The position numbers and the translations under genes were made by a program. From contig CBDCWI010000002.1 in the NCBI GenBank assembly GCA_965223325.1, forward strand, positions 2,624,001 to 2,688,000: a stretch of DNA of 64,000 nt, in the 5' to 3' direction. Positions 34,199-43,726 of this stretch are shown one piece after another. The DNA comes from Candidatus Multivoradales bacterium (GTDB lineage Bacteria > Acidobacteriota > Thermoanaerobaculia > Multivoradales > Multivoraceae). The notes under the pieces are model-generated. The model was given only the letters and a program-made list of their open reading frames with translations, did no database searches and was not told the DNA's origin. Position 1 is the first letter of the stretch, and each line of letters begins with the position of its first letter.

Positions 34199-36610
34199 AT
34201 GTTCGACCAACTGCGGCAAGACATTCGTTCCGCTCGGCGCGCCCTCATGGCGCGTCCGGGCTTCGCCCTGCTCGCCATCGTCACGCTGGCCCTGGGGATC
34301 GGTGCGAGCACCGCAATGTGGAGCGTTGTCGATGGGGTGCTGCTGCGTTCTTTGCCGTATCCGGCGGGCGACAGCCTGGTCTCGCTCTATCGCTACAACG
34401 TCAAGGACCCCAATCTCGAAAGTCCACGGCCGCAGCCGATGGCCAAACCCGGCTACTGGGATATCAAGGATCAGACCAAGAGCCTCGCGAGCACCTTTGG
34501 CTTCATGCAGACCCGCCTGACCGTGACCGGCCGTGGCGATGCCGCGGCGCTGCGCGGTGCGTTGGTCACTGAAGGGCCGCTCGAGACCTTCGGCCTTCTG
34601 CCGGCGCTAGGCCGTGACGTTCGTCAAGACGAAGCGACAGAAGGCGCTGCGAGCGTCGCTTTGATTGGCTGGCAGTTGTTCCAGGATCGCTTCGGCGGCC
34701 AGAGTTCGGCGATCGGCGAGGTGGTCACCGTCGATGGTGTACCGCACACCGTCGTCGGAGTCGCCCCGGAAGGCTTCGACTTCCCCGGCGGCTCACAACT
34801 CTGGACCAACCACCAGTGGCCCCTCGACGACTGCGGTCGCGACTGCCATTTCATGCGCTCGGTCGGCCGTCTCGCTCCCGGCAACTCGATCGCCGACGTC
34901 AACGAAGAGTTGGCGGTGGTCGCCCAACGGCTGGCCAGCGAGTACCCAACCAGTCGCGACAAACGCTACCGGGTCGACGATCTCCGCAGCTACATCACCC
35001 GCAACGTGCAGACCTCGATGTACGTCCTCCTCGGCGCCGTGGCCCTCGTCTTGTTGATCGCCTGCGCCAATGTCGCCAATCTCCTCTTGGTGCGCGGCGA
35101 GCGCCGCGGTCGTGAACTCGCGATTCGCACCGCGATCGGTGCGACCCGTGGTCGTCTTCTTCGCCAGCTGGTCTTCGAGAACGCCCTCCTTGCGGCGGCG
35201 GGTGTCGTCGTGGGCCTGGGTTTCGGTTGGCTTGCCCTGGAAGGTCTTCTCGGTCTTGCACCCTCTGGACTGCCGCGACTCGACGGCGTCCACCTCGATG
35301 CGCGGGTGGTTCTGTTCGCCGCCGCCTCCGGGCTGGCTACCCTCTTGCTCTTCGGCTTGCTTCCCGCATGGCGCCAGTCGGCCGCTTCGTTCGCCGGCAA
35401 ACTGCGCACCCGCGGCGGCGACGCTGGCCTGCAACGTTCGGCCCTCTTGACGGTCGAAGTCGCACTTTCCCTGATGCTCCTTCTCGGCGCCGGCCTCCTG
35501 GTGAGAACTCTCGGCGAGCTCTTGCAGGTCGACCCGGGCTTCGAGACCACCAACCTCACCTCGTTCAATATCGACCTGCCCGACCAGTACGACACAGAGT
35601 TCGAGCGCACCATCACCTGGTTCCAGACGCTCGAAGAACGCCTCGCCAGCCATCCTGGGGTGATCTCGGTGGGCTCTGCTCTGTCGCGACCTTTCGGCGG
35701 CCTGAGCCTGGGCGGGTCGGGCTACCGTGCGGACCGCCCCAGGCCAGCCGAAAAAGACGAGGGCGGCACCAAAGTCAACGCCGTCACCCGCACCTACTTC
35801 GCCACCCTCGGCGTGCCGCTCGTTGCGGGACGCAACTTTGGCCCGCAGGACCGCCTCGACAGCCCGCCCGTGGCGATCGTCAACCAGGCCTTCGTCGACG
35901 CCTTCTATCCTGGCGAGAGCCCGCTCGAGAAGCCCTTCGCCGTCGGCATGAGCCTCAACCGCGAGTACGACGAGCCCTACACCATCGTCGGCGTCGTGGC
36001 CGACCATCGAACCAACAGCTTGACCGCCACCGCCCTGCCCGAGTTCTTTATGCTGCAAGACCAGGTGTCCTCGGACTACCTGGCGGTAACGGTTCGCAGT
36101 CAGCCGGGAGTCGACGTCGCCAGCCTCGCACAGAAAGAAGTCAAGGCCCTGAACCCAGACGTTCCAGTTCAAGGAATGCGCACCATAGAAGAAGCCCTGA
36201 TCGAACAGACCGGGTCGGCGCGCTTCTACCTCACCATCCTCACCAGCTTTGCGCTGCTTGCCGTTCTCCTGGCCGGAATCGGGCTCTACGGCGTTGTGGC
36301 CTACCTGGTTGCCCAACGCACCCGTGAGCTGGCGCTTCGCATGGCTCTGGGCGCCGACCAGAAGAACATCGTGCGCCACGTCGTTCTGCGCGGCCTGAAA
36401 CCAGCGCTCCTGGGCATCGTCATCGGGCTTCTCGGAGCACTCGCCGCCTCGCGGGTTCTCGAATCGCTGCTCTATGGCATCAGCGCCCGTGATCCACTCA
36501 CCTTCGGCGTCGCCGCCGCGCTTCTCCTCGCCATCGCGCTCCTGGCGTGCGCGATTCCGGCGCAGCGCGCCAGTTCGATCTCACCGATGGTGGCGCTCAA
36601 GAGCGACTGA
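34199..36610 (+). CDS. Duplicated MacB/FtsX-type ABC permease (ADOP-like)
   Basis: TLALGIGASTA, LLIACANVANLLL, QRTRELALRMALGA, PAQRASSISPMVALKSD. Confidence 0.92.
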   Translation: MFDQLRQDIRSARRALMARPGFALLAIVTLALGIGASTAMWSVVDGVLLRSLPYPAGDSLVSLYRYNVKDPNLESPRPQPMAKPGYWDIKDQTKSLASTFGFMQTRLTVTGRGDAAALRGALVTEGPLETFGLLPALGRDVRQDEATEGAASVALIGWQLFQDRFGGQSSAIGEVVTVDGVPHTVVGVAPEGFDFPGGSQLWTNHQWPLDDCGRDCHFMRSVGRLAPGNSIADVNEELAVVAQRLASEYPTSRDKRYRVDDLRSYITRNVQTSMYVLLGAVALVLLIACANVANLLLVRGERRGRELAIRTAIGATRGRLLRQLVFENALLAAAGVVVGLGFGWLALEGLLGLAPSGLPRLDGVHLDARVVLFAAASGLATLLLFGLLPAWRQSAASFAGKLRTRGGDAGLQRSALLTVEVALSLMLLLGAGLLVRTLGELLQVDPGFETTNLTSFNIDLPDQYDTEFERTITWFQTLEERLASHPGVISVGSALSRPFGGLSLGGSGYRADRPRPAEKDEGGTKVNAVTRTYFATLGVPLVAGRNFGPQDRLDSPPVAIVNQAFVDAFYPGESPLEKPFAVGMSLNREYDEPYTIVGVVADHRTNSLTATALPEFFMLQDQVSSDYLAVTVRSQPGVDVASLAQKEVKALNPDVPVQGMRTIEEALIEQTGSARFYLTILTSFALLAVLLAGIGLYGVVAYLVAQRTRELALRMALGADQKNIVRHVVLRGLKPALLGIVIGLLGALAASRVLESLLYGISARDPLTFGVAAALLLAIALLACAIPAQRASSISPMVALKSD

Positions 36611-36642
36611 GGCGCACGACCCGCAGAGAACCGCGGCGAGTC

Positions 36643-37425
36643 CTAGAACCACAGTCGCACCCCGGTGACCCAACGGGTCGCTTCGGTTTCCTCACTCGCC
36701 GCTTCGGCGAGATCCGCAGTGCCGCCCAGGATCTTCGCCCACTCGACGCCGACGTAGGGTGCGAACTGGCGCCGGATCTCATAGCGCAACCGGGCACCGA
36801 GCTCCATGTCGGTCAAACCCGATGCGATGCCAACCTCGGGCACGTCGCTGGCGGCGAAGCTGACTTCCAGTCGCGGTTCGAGAACGAGACGCTGGGTAAA
36901 CAGCAACTCGTACTCGGTTTCGAGACGGGCGGAGAGATCGCCGTCGGTGCTGAGGAATGCTGCCGCGTCGATCTCGAACCAGTAGGGCGCCAACCCCTGG
37001 ACGCCGATCGTGGCGTGGGTGCGATCCTCTCCGGTACCGAGGTCCTGCCGAACGCCCATCTGGAGATCGAAGTAGGGCGACAAAGCGCGGCTCCATAGAG
37101 CCTGCACTTCGAGCTCTTCCTCGCCCGCTCCCCCGTCGCTCTCTTCGGCTTCGAGTTTCCACCACAGCCGGTCCTCGTCGCCGCCGTACCAACCCTGGCT
37201 CTCGAGAACGAAAAGGTCCTCGGCGTCGCCACTTTGAAACTCGAGCCGTTCCGCCTCCAGGAACAGAAAACGCTCTCCACCGTGGTGATGCTCGAGTTCA
37301 TGCCGGGCCTTTTGCATCGCCGACGAGTCGAGAGCGGTTCCGTGGCCGTCATGTTGCGCGACCAGGGGAACTGACGCTGCTGCGAAAAGGCACGCCAGAA
37401 GAGTGATGGCTCTTCTCATCAACAT
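36643..37425 (-). CDS. copB: Copper resistance outer-membrane protein B
   Basis: GWYGGDEDRLWWK, GVQGLAPYWFEID, RLRYEIRRQFAPYVGV, ends RLWF; immediately downstream of copA. Confidence 0.93.
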   Translation of the reverse strand: MLMRRAITLLACLFAAASVPLVAQHDGHGTALDSSAMQKARHELEHHHGGERFLFLEAERLEFQSGDAEDLFVLESQGWYGGDEDRLWWKLEAEESDGGAGEEELEVQALWSRALSPYFDLQMGVRQDLGTGEDRTHATIGVQGLAPYWFEIDAAAFLSTDGDLSARLETEYELLFTQRLVLEPRLEVSFAASDVPEVGIASGLTDMELGARLRYEIRRQFAPYVGVEWAKILGGTADLAEAASEETEATRWVTGVRLWF

Positions 37426-37427
37426 GG

Positions 37428-39299
37428 CTAGCGCCCCTCGTGATCGTGATGATGGTCGGTGGCAGGCTCTGGATCGCCCGGAATCTCGTCGTCGTCGAAG
37501 TGACGCACCGAAATGACCCGGAACATGCCGGCCGCCATGTGGTAGAGCAGGTGACAGTGGAAGGCCCAGTCACCGAGCGCGTCGGCAGAAATATCGATCG
37601 CCATCTTTTCGCCAGGCTTGACGAGCACGGTGTGCTTGCGGAGCTTGTGCGGGTTCGCTTCGTCGCCCGGAACGACGACATCGAAATACATGCCGTGCAG
37701 GTGGATGGGATGCGGCATCATGGTGTCGTTGACCAGCGTCATGCGCAGACGTTCGAAGTGCCGGAAGACGATCGGCTCACTCGCCTCCGAGTACTTGCGG
37801 CCGTCGAACGACCACATATAGCGCTCCATGTTGCTGGTGAGGTGGATCTCGATCTCACGTTCCGGAGCCCGGGTGTCGGGGACGGGGTCGAGACTCCGCA
37901 GGTCGGCGTAGCGGAGCGTGCGATGAGGCACCTCGTCGAGGCCGATGCCGGGTTCGTGAAGGCGACTGCTCGGTTCTTCAGCGAGGTTGGCAACGCCGGG
38001 GCCCGCCGGGTGATCGTGGGTTTGTGCCGCCGCTTGACCGTGCCCTGCGTGCGCCGAGTGATCGCCCTCGGCAGGCTGCATCTGGTGCGTGGCGCGGTCC
38101 ATGTCGTGCCGCATCGCCATGTCCTTCATCGACAGCAGAGGGCGGGCGCGGAGAGCCGGCACCTGGGGCTTCATGCCGGCGCGCGGTGCCAATGTCGCAA
38201 TCGCCTGGCCACTCGAATCGATCGACTCGCAAACCACCGCGTAGGCGCGGTTCTCCGATGGAACCACCACCGCGTCGTAGGTCTCGGCGGTGCCGATCTG
38301 GAACTCCTCGACCTCGACGGGTTGTACATCGATGCCGTCGGTCTGCACGATGGTCATCGGAAGGCCCGGGATGCGCACATTGAAGATCGACATGGCTGAG
38401 CCGTTGATGATGCGCAGCCGTACGCGCTCGCCGGGCTCGAAAAGCGCCGTCCAAGCGTCGGCTGGAGCGTGGCCATTGACCAGGTACGTGTAGGTCGCCC
38501 CGGTGACATCGGCGATGTCGGTCGGCATCATGCGCATCGCGCCCCAGGCGCGACGTTCTGCCAACGCCTCGCCCAAGCCCCGCGAGCGCGCGTCGCGAGC
38601 AAGATCGCGCAGGGTGCGCTTCTGGAAGTTGAGGCTCTCGCTGTTCTTCTTGAGCTTCGCCAACAGACGACGCGGGTGCATGTGCGTCCAGTCCGAAAGC
38701 ACAAGGACCACCTCACGGTCGTAGGCGACCGGATCGCCTTCTTTCGGGTCGATGATCAGCGGGCCGTAGTGTCCGAGCTGCTCTTGCATCCCGGAATGAC
38801 TGTGGTACCAGTAGGTCCCCGCCTGGCGCACCGGAAAGCGGTACTCGAAGGTCTCGCCCGCAGGGATTCCGGGAAACGACACTCCAGGGACCCCGTCCTG
38901 ATCGTAGGGAAGAAGAATCCCGTGCCAGTGGATCGACGTCGGCTCGTGCAGTTTGTTGTGCACCCGCATGGTCACCACGTCGCCCTCTCGCCAGCGCAGG
39001 AGCGGAGCCGGGATGGTGCCGTTGACCAGAATCGCCTGACTGCTGCGGCCAGCAACGCGGTAGGAACCGCGCGTCACGGCGAGGTCGAAGTCGGTACCGG
39101 AGAGCGTTGGCAGTCGGGAACGGCGGTCGCTGTCGGTCGTGTCGAAGCCAGCGCTCCGCGCCCAGGCGGGCAGCAGGCCCTGGGCAGAAAGCGCACCGGC
39201 AACCGATAGCGACGATCGCAGGAAACGACGACGGTTGAGCTGTGGATCGAGGGGACGAACGAGGTCGGGTCGGAGAAGGAGGGGTCGCGAATCGCGCAT
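37428..39299 (-). CDS. copA: Copper resistance multicopper oxidase (Tat-exported)
   Basis: NRRRFL; HWHG, WYHSH, HPIHLHG, WAFHCHLLYHM; His/Met-rich insert. Confidence 0.95.
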   Translation of the reverse strand: MRDSRPLLLRPDLVRPLDPQLNRRRFLRSSLSVAGALSAQGLLPAWARSAGFDTTDSDRRSRLPTLSGTDFDLAVTRGSYRVAGRSSQAILVNGTIPAPLLRWREGDVVTMRVHNKLHEPTSIHWHGILLPYDQDGVPGVSFPGIPAGETFEYRFPVRQAGTYWYHSHSGMQEQLGHYGPLIIDPKEGDPVAYDREVVLVLSDWTHMHPRRLLAKLKKNSESLNFQKRTLRDLARDARSRGLGEALAERRAWGAMRMMPTDIADVTGATYTYLVNGHAPADAWTALFEPGERVRLRIINGSAMSIFNVRIPGLPMTIVQTDGIDVQPVEVEEFQIGTAETYDAVVVPSENRAYAVVCESIDSSGQAIATLAPRAGMKPQVPALRARPLLSMKDMAMRHDMDRATHQMQPAEGDHSAHAGHGQAAAQTHDHPAGPGVANLAEEPSSRLHEPGIGLDEVPHRTLRYADLRSLDPVPDTRAPEREIEIHLTSNMERYMWSFDGRKYSEASEPIVFRHFERLRMTLVNDTMMPHPIHLHGMYFDVVVPGDEANPHKLRKHTVLVKPGEKMAIDISADALGDWAFHCHLLYHMAAGMFRVISVRHFDDDEIPGDPEPATDHHHDHEGR

Positions 39300-39484
39300 A
39301 GTGGCATTCCGGAAGACTAAACACTGAATCGGAGATTGAGACGGCAGCGGGCGAGGGAGCGACCACGGAGATCACACCCTCGAAGCGAGAGGGAGGGGCC
39401 TTCTAAGCTCTGAGCGCGAACACGCGACCGGGGCATCCAGCCGAGGTCATCGGCTCGCTAGGAGACGGAGAGCTCTGGGGGGTA

Positions 39485-39946
39485 TCAGAGCCGCAGGATG
39501 CAGCGTTCGGCGAGAACGTCGGCGACGGCAACCCAACTCGAGGCAGCTGCTGGAGGGCCGTTGCCGAACCAGGCGGTCGACATGTCCGGCGAGCGGTCCG
39601 CGAAGCGCGTATTGGCCTGGGGCCAGAGACCGGTGTCGTTGCGCAACCGCGGATCACTCGAACGAGCAGCCACAGCCGGCACACCGCGCTCTAGTTGGCA
39701 GCACTCGGCATCGAGGCAACCGTGTTCGCCGGCGTCGATGACAGCGGCGGCCGCAGCAGGAGCAGTCGCGGGGGTCTCCGTTTCGCTGGCGTGGCAAGCT
39801 GGAACCTCGGCTCGCTGCGGCTCGACCGCAGTCGTGCTGCTCTTCGCCGGTTCCTGGCACCAGCGCAGGATCTCGGCGGCGACGTCGGTAGCCGGCACCA
39901 GCGTCAGCAAGAGCGCAGCCGCGAAGATGTTGAGCCGTCGACCCAT
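39485..39946 (-). CDS. Small Cys-containing exported or leader protein upstream of copA
   Basis: MGRRLNIF signal-like start; CH, C-x4-CC, GPP, ends RCILRL. Confidence 0.6.
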   Translation of the reverse strand: MGRRLNIFAAALLLTLVPATDVAAEILRWCQEPAKSSTTAVEPQRAEVPACHASETETPATAPAAAAAVIDAGEHGCLDAECCQLERGVPAVAARSSDPRLRNDTGLWPQANTRFADRSPDMSTAWFGNGPPAAASSWVAVADVLAERCILRL

Positions 39947-39978
39947 GCGCGAGATTCTATCCGACGGCGCGGTCCTCG

Positions 39979-40896
39979 TCAGGCGTCGGGTGCAAGAACC
40001 CCCTCGAAGCGCAGGATGGAACCTTGTTCGTTGGTGACCAGTAGATCTGGACCGTCCCAGGCTACGCCTTCGCACTGCTTGGCTACCAACGGCGCCAGAA
40101 CGAGCGCGACGACGGGTGGTTGCGAGAAGAAGCTCTGGTCGCGATTCGCCGCGTCGGCACCGGGCGCGAGCTCGAAGACCCGCAAGCCGTAGTAACTGAG
40201 CACCGCGAGATGACGCCCGTCGGCGGTGACATCGGCGCCGGTTGCCATGCCACCGCGCGGTATGCCGGCTTCACCGAGGTCGAATACACCGACTTCGACC
40301 AGACGGGCCGCATCCTGCGATTGGTCGAAACGCATCAGGCGCGTGCGCGTGTCTTCTCGGTGCTTGGTCAAGAGATAGAGCTCACCGCCGGTCCAGAAGA
40401 GTGACTCGGCGTCGAAGTTGCGAAACTCTCCCGCCGGCGGCTGCCTTTGCCCGGGGTAGCGAAACGGAATGCGCCGTTTGACGCGCACCGGCTCCGACTG
40501 ACCAATGGTGGGCTCGTCGACCACCAGCACGGTCAAGTCACGGCGCATGCTCGCGTTGTTGCCAATGTCACCAATGTAGAGCTGGCCGGCATCGTCAATC
40601 GCCACCGCCTCCCAGTCGCGGTTGGCCACCGCACTGACGGTGAACACCCCGAGGATCTCTCCCTCGCGCGAGAGCGCGAACAACCGCGGGCTGTTACCCG
40701 AGTCGTTGAGCGTCCAGAAGACGTTCTCCTGCCGGCGGCTCTTCACCAGACCGGAGCTTTCGGGAATCACCGTGGTATCGAAGTGAGCGAACGCCGCCGC
40801 GGGAACGGCTTCTACCCCTTCTCCGGCGCTGTCCTCCTGAGCCGGAACTGGCACCGCAACCAGGAAGCCAACCATCGAAAGCCAGAGGATCTTCAC
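39979..40896 (-). CDS. Secreted hypothetical protein (beta-propeller-like)
   Basis: ESSGL, WTLNDSGN, DWEAVA, YIGDIGNN, DAESL; GTG overlaps the NUDIX gene stop. Confidence 0.7.
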   Translation of the reverse strand: MKILWLSMVGFLVAVPVPAQEDSAGEGVEAVPAAAFAHFDTTVIPESSGLVKSRRQENVFWTLNDSGNSPRLFALSREGEILGVFTVSAVANRDWEAVAIDDAGQLYIGDIGNNASMRRDLTVLVVDEPTIGQSEPVRVKRRIPFRYPGQRQPPAGEFRNFDAESLFWTGGELYLLTKHREDTRTRLMRFDQSQDAARLVEVGVFDLGEAGIPRGGMATGADVTADGRHLAVLSYYGLRVFELAPGADAANRDQSFFSQPPVVALVLAPLVAKQCEGVAWDGPDLLVTNEQGSILRFEGVLAPDA

Positions 40897-41309
40897 CGCT
40901 GTCTCAGCTCTTCGAGCACTGCCGCCAAGGCCGGTCGATCGGCCCGCGCCCAGTCGAGCTCGGCGAGCGCTCCGGCATCGAACCAACCCCAGGCTTCATG
41001 CTCACGTGCAACCGGCTTTCCTCTGAGGTGTCGTGCACGATAGATCTCGAGAACGAAACCGCGGCCTGTTTCTTCCGCGGGCGCCGTTTCTGAGCTCGCC
41101 AACAGGTGACCCACTTCGATGTCGATCCCCAGTTCTTCGCGAATCTCGCGAGCCAGCGCGTGGGCCGGCGCTTCTCCTTTTTCGACCTTGCCACCAGGGA
41201 ACTCCCATTTGCCAGCCAGGCTCATCTGCGGACCGCGCTTGGCGGCCAGACACTCGTTCTGCCGGACAATCGCCGCACCCACCACCAGGACCGGAGAGTC
41301 AAAGGCCAT
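40893..41309 (-). CDS. MutT-like NUDIX hydrolase
   Basis: WEFPGGKVEKGE....ALAREIREELGI Nudix box. Confidence 0.92.
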   Translation of the reverse strand: MAFDSPVLVVGAAIVRQNECLAAKRGPQMSLAGKWEFPGGKVEKGEAPAHALAREIREELGIDIEVGHLLASSETAPAEETGRGFVLEIYRARHLRGKPVAREHEAWGWFDAGALAELDWARADRPALAAVLEELRQR

Positions 41310-41383
41310 CAGACTCCAGGCTTCTCGGCCATGCACTCGATCTCGACGATTGCACCGAGCGGTTCCGGCTGCACCACGCGCCC

Positions 41384-41887
41384 CTACTGCCGAACCGCGG
41401 TTGCGACGATCTCGAAACGCGCCCCACGAAGCAGCGGTCCTGAGCCCAGAAACGCCCGCGCCGGGAAGGCGCCCTCTTCGAAGTAGGTGCGGTAGGCGGC
41501 GTTGAACGGTTCATAGAGCGACAGGTCGGGGCAGTAGACCTGCACACTCACCACGTCCGCCATGCTCATCCCGGCACCCTCGAGCCTGCGTTTGATCTCG
41601 TCCATCGCCAGCCGCACCTCGGCGCCCGGGTCCTCCGGCGGAGCGCCGGTCGCCGGATCGAGACCCAAGGTTCCCGCAACGTACAAGGTGTCGCCCGCCT
41701 GGACGGCCTGGCTGAAGGGCAACGGACTGTCGGCGGCGGTAAAACGCTTGTGCTCGCTGGCAAGAGGCGCAGCGGGTAGTGCCGCCATCAGAAGAATCGC
41801 CAACAAGGCGCCAACAGCCATCCAAGCCACGGGTTGGAGGCTTCTCTTTGGGCGAACGGGGTCGGTGGGATTGCTTGCAACAGTCAT
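41384..41887 (-). CDS. RidA/YjgF family protein with N-terminal signal or TM segment
   Basis: PFSQAV..GDTLYVAG, FNAAY..YF....PAR, FEI. Confidence 0.88.
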   Translation of the reverse strand: MTVASNPTDPVRPKRSLQPVAWMAVGALLAILLMAALPAAPLASEHKRFTAADSPLPFSQAVQAGDTLYVAGTLGLDPATGAPPEDPGAEVRLAMDEIKRRLEGAGMSMADVVSVQVYCPDLSLYEPFNAAYRTYFEEGAFPARAFLGSGPLLRGARFEIVATAVRQ

Positions 41888-41939
41888 CTCTTTTCCTCCT
41901 CGATGAATAGGGAGCGGGTCTCAGGGTGATCGTTCGAAT

Positions 41940-42941
41940 TCAAGAATCCAGGACGTCGCTTCTCAGGTCAGGAAAGACCTTGCCGACTTTCGACAGGAGA
42001 TACTCGCCGTAGGTCCCCTGCCACTGGTGCACGCTCTGGCGGTCCCAGCGCTCTTCGGCGTCTTCTTGAACCTCAACGGTCGGATCGATCGGCTGAACCA
42101 CTACATCCCAGCCGGGGTCGAAGAAGAAGGGGAACGAGAAACGCGAGCGGCCGCTGCGATTGAGGACGCGGTGCGGTGTCGAGCGGTAGAAGCCACCGGT
42201 GATGCGATCGAGCATGTCGCCGATGTTGCACACGAAGCTATCGGGCACCGGCGGCGCCGCCACCCACTCACCGCGACTTTTGACCTCCAGGCCACCGACA
42301 TCGTCTTGCAGGAGAATCGTCAGCAACCCGTAATCGGTGTGCTCTCCAACACTCCACAGAGCCTCTTCGATCTGCTTGGCGCCCATCTCTGGGTAGTGGA
42401 AAATGCGAAAGAGAACCAGCGGGTCGGATGTCAGGGTCTCTTTCAGGGCGTCGGCCTCGAGCCCTAGACCGAGGGCAAAGCCTGCCATCAGCTGGTGCCC
42501 CAGGGTCGTCATGGCGTCGATATAGGAGAGTACTGCCGAGCGCAGCTCCGACAAGTCGTCGGGAAAGAGGTTCGGCCCGTGCAGAGGACGGCCGGCGACC
42601 ACTCGCGGGTCGTCGCGCGAAAGCTCGGCGCCAAAGTAGAGCCCTTCCTTCCAATCGGGCTTCCCAGACGTCAGCTCGTCGCCGACTCCGAAATAGCCGC
42701 GCCAGGCGCGGCCGCCACGGGCCATCTCGATGGTGCGCTTCTTCTCTGCCGGCCAGCCAAAGAACTCACGACTGCTGTCCTGGAGGCGCGCGATCAGCTC
42801 GGCGTCGACGCTATGGCCGACAATGTAGAAGAAACCACATTCACGGCAGGCAGCACGTATGGCAGCGCCCAGTGCGTGCTTGTCGGCCTCGGATCCGCCC
42901 TGGGAGAGCGGTGACACATCGAGGATTGGCAGTGATTCCAC
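41940..42941 (-). CDS. Isopenicillin N synthase-like 2OG-Fe(II) dioxygenase
   Basis: [39 protein letters not shown]. Confidence 0.92.
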   Translation of the reverse strand: MESLPILDVSPLSQGGSEADKHALGAAIRAACRECGFFYIVGHSVDAELIARLQDSSREFFGWPAEKKRTIEMARGGRAWRGYFGVGDELTSGKPDWKEGLYFGAELSRDDPRVVAGRPLHGPNLFPDDLSELRSAVLSYIDAMTTLGHQLMAGFALGLGLEADALKETLTSDPLVLFRIFHYPEMGAKQIEEALWSVGEHTDYGLLTILLQDDVGGLEVKSRGEWVAAPPVPDSFVCNIGDMLDRITGGFYRSTPHRVLNRSGRSRFSFPFFFDPGWDVVVQPIDPTVEVQEDAEERWDRQSVHQWQGTYGEYLLSKVGKVFPDLRSDVLDS

Positions 42942-42996
42942 CGGGCCAGCCTACCGCTGCAGGGCGGCATCGGGGAGAGTGGCACGAACAGGGGTC

Positions 42997-43025
42997 CTAG
43001 TGCTCCGTACCAGACGGGGTACTAG
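42997..43025. repeat. 29-bp internally deleted derivative of the 166-bp element
   Basis: ctagtgctccgtaccagacggggtactag keeps both termini and the CTAG ends. Confidence 0.7.
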
Positions 43026-43061
43026 ACTGGGCCCGCTAACGAAACCCCCAGGAGATCCACT

Positions 43062-43550
43062 ATGCGCCTTTCCCCCGGTCGCACGCTCGCCGTGCTCGCC
43101 CTTGTCTTGTTCGCCACCACCGCCACTCTCATGGCTGAAGGCCCAGAAGCCACAGTCGAAGACCTGAGCTGGATGGTTGGCTCCTGGCAAGGAGAGGCCA
43201 TGGGCGGCATGCTGCAGGAAACCTGGACGGCTCCTGAGGGCAGCACCATGACGGGCTTGGTGCGCGCCTGGAGCGGCGACGCCACCTCCATGGTCGAGCT
43301 GATCGTCATCGAAGAAGAAAACGGCTCCCTGGTCCTGCGCTTGCAGCAATTCGACAAGGGGTTCAAGGCGCGCTCCGAACCGCAGCCCTTCGAACTCTCG
43401 AGCGTCGAGGAGAACAAGGTGGTGTGGAAAGCAACCGGTGAAGGCGGTCTCGCCGGCCTTGGCTACAGCAGTCCCGAACCCGGCAAGTTCGTCATCTCGG
43501 TCGAGACTCCGACCGGCCAGAAGTTCGACATCCCGTTGTCGGCCAACTAG
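43062..43550 (+). CDS. Secreted DUF6265-like protein
   Basis: Signal peptide; DLSWMVGSWQG...E.W..P.G..M.G. Confidence 0.75.
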   Translation: MRLSPGRTLAVLALVLFATTATLMAEGPEATVEDLSWMVGSWQGEAMGGMLQETWTAPEGSTMTGLVRAWSGDATSMVELIVIEEENGSLVLRLQQFDKGFKARSEPQPFELSSVEENKVVWKATGEGGLAGLGYSSPEPGKFVISVETPTGQKFDIPLSAN

Positions 43551-43712
43551 TACCCCGTACCATTGAAACGGATAGTGGCTGAGCGGATGATCGTGCTCGA
43601 GATCAAGGCGTCACGACAGAGGCATATTGGTGATCTGTCGAGGAGTGACAACACAGAGAGCGAGCGCGAGGACCGCGCAAACGCTGTGCGTTTCAATGGT
43701 ACGGGGTACTAG
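43547..43712. mobile_element. 166-bp MITE-like hairpin element, copy 2
   Basis: Same terminal inverted repeats as copy 1; its left CTAG supplies the stop codon of 43062-43550. Confidence 0.85.
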
Positions 43713-43726
43713 GCGCCGAGGGTCAC

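Noticed and set aside
34793-36379. 528-aa minus-strand ORF
   Set aside because: Antisense shadow of the well-supported permease; no recognisable motifs; common in GC-rich DNA.
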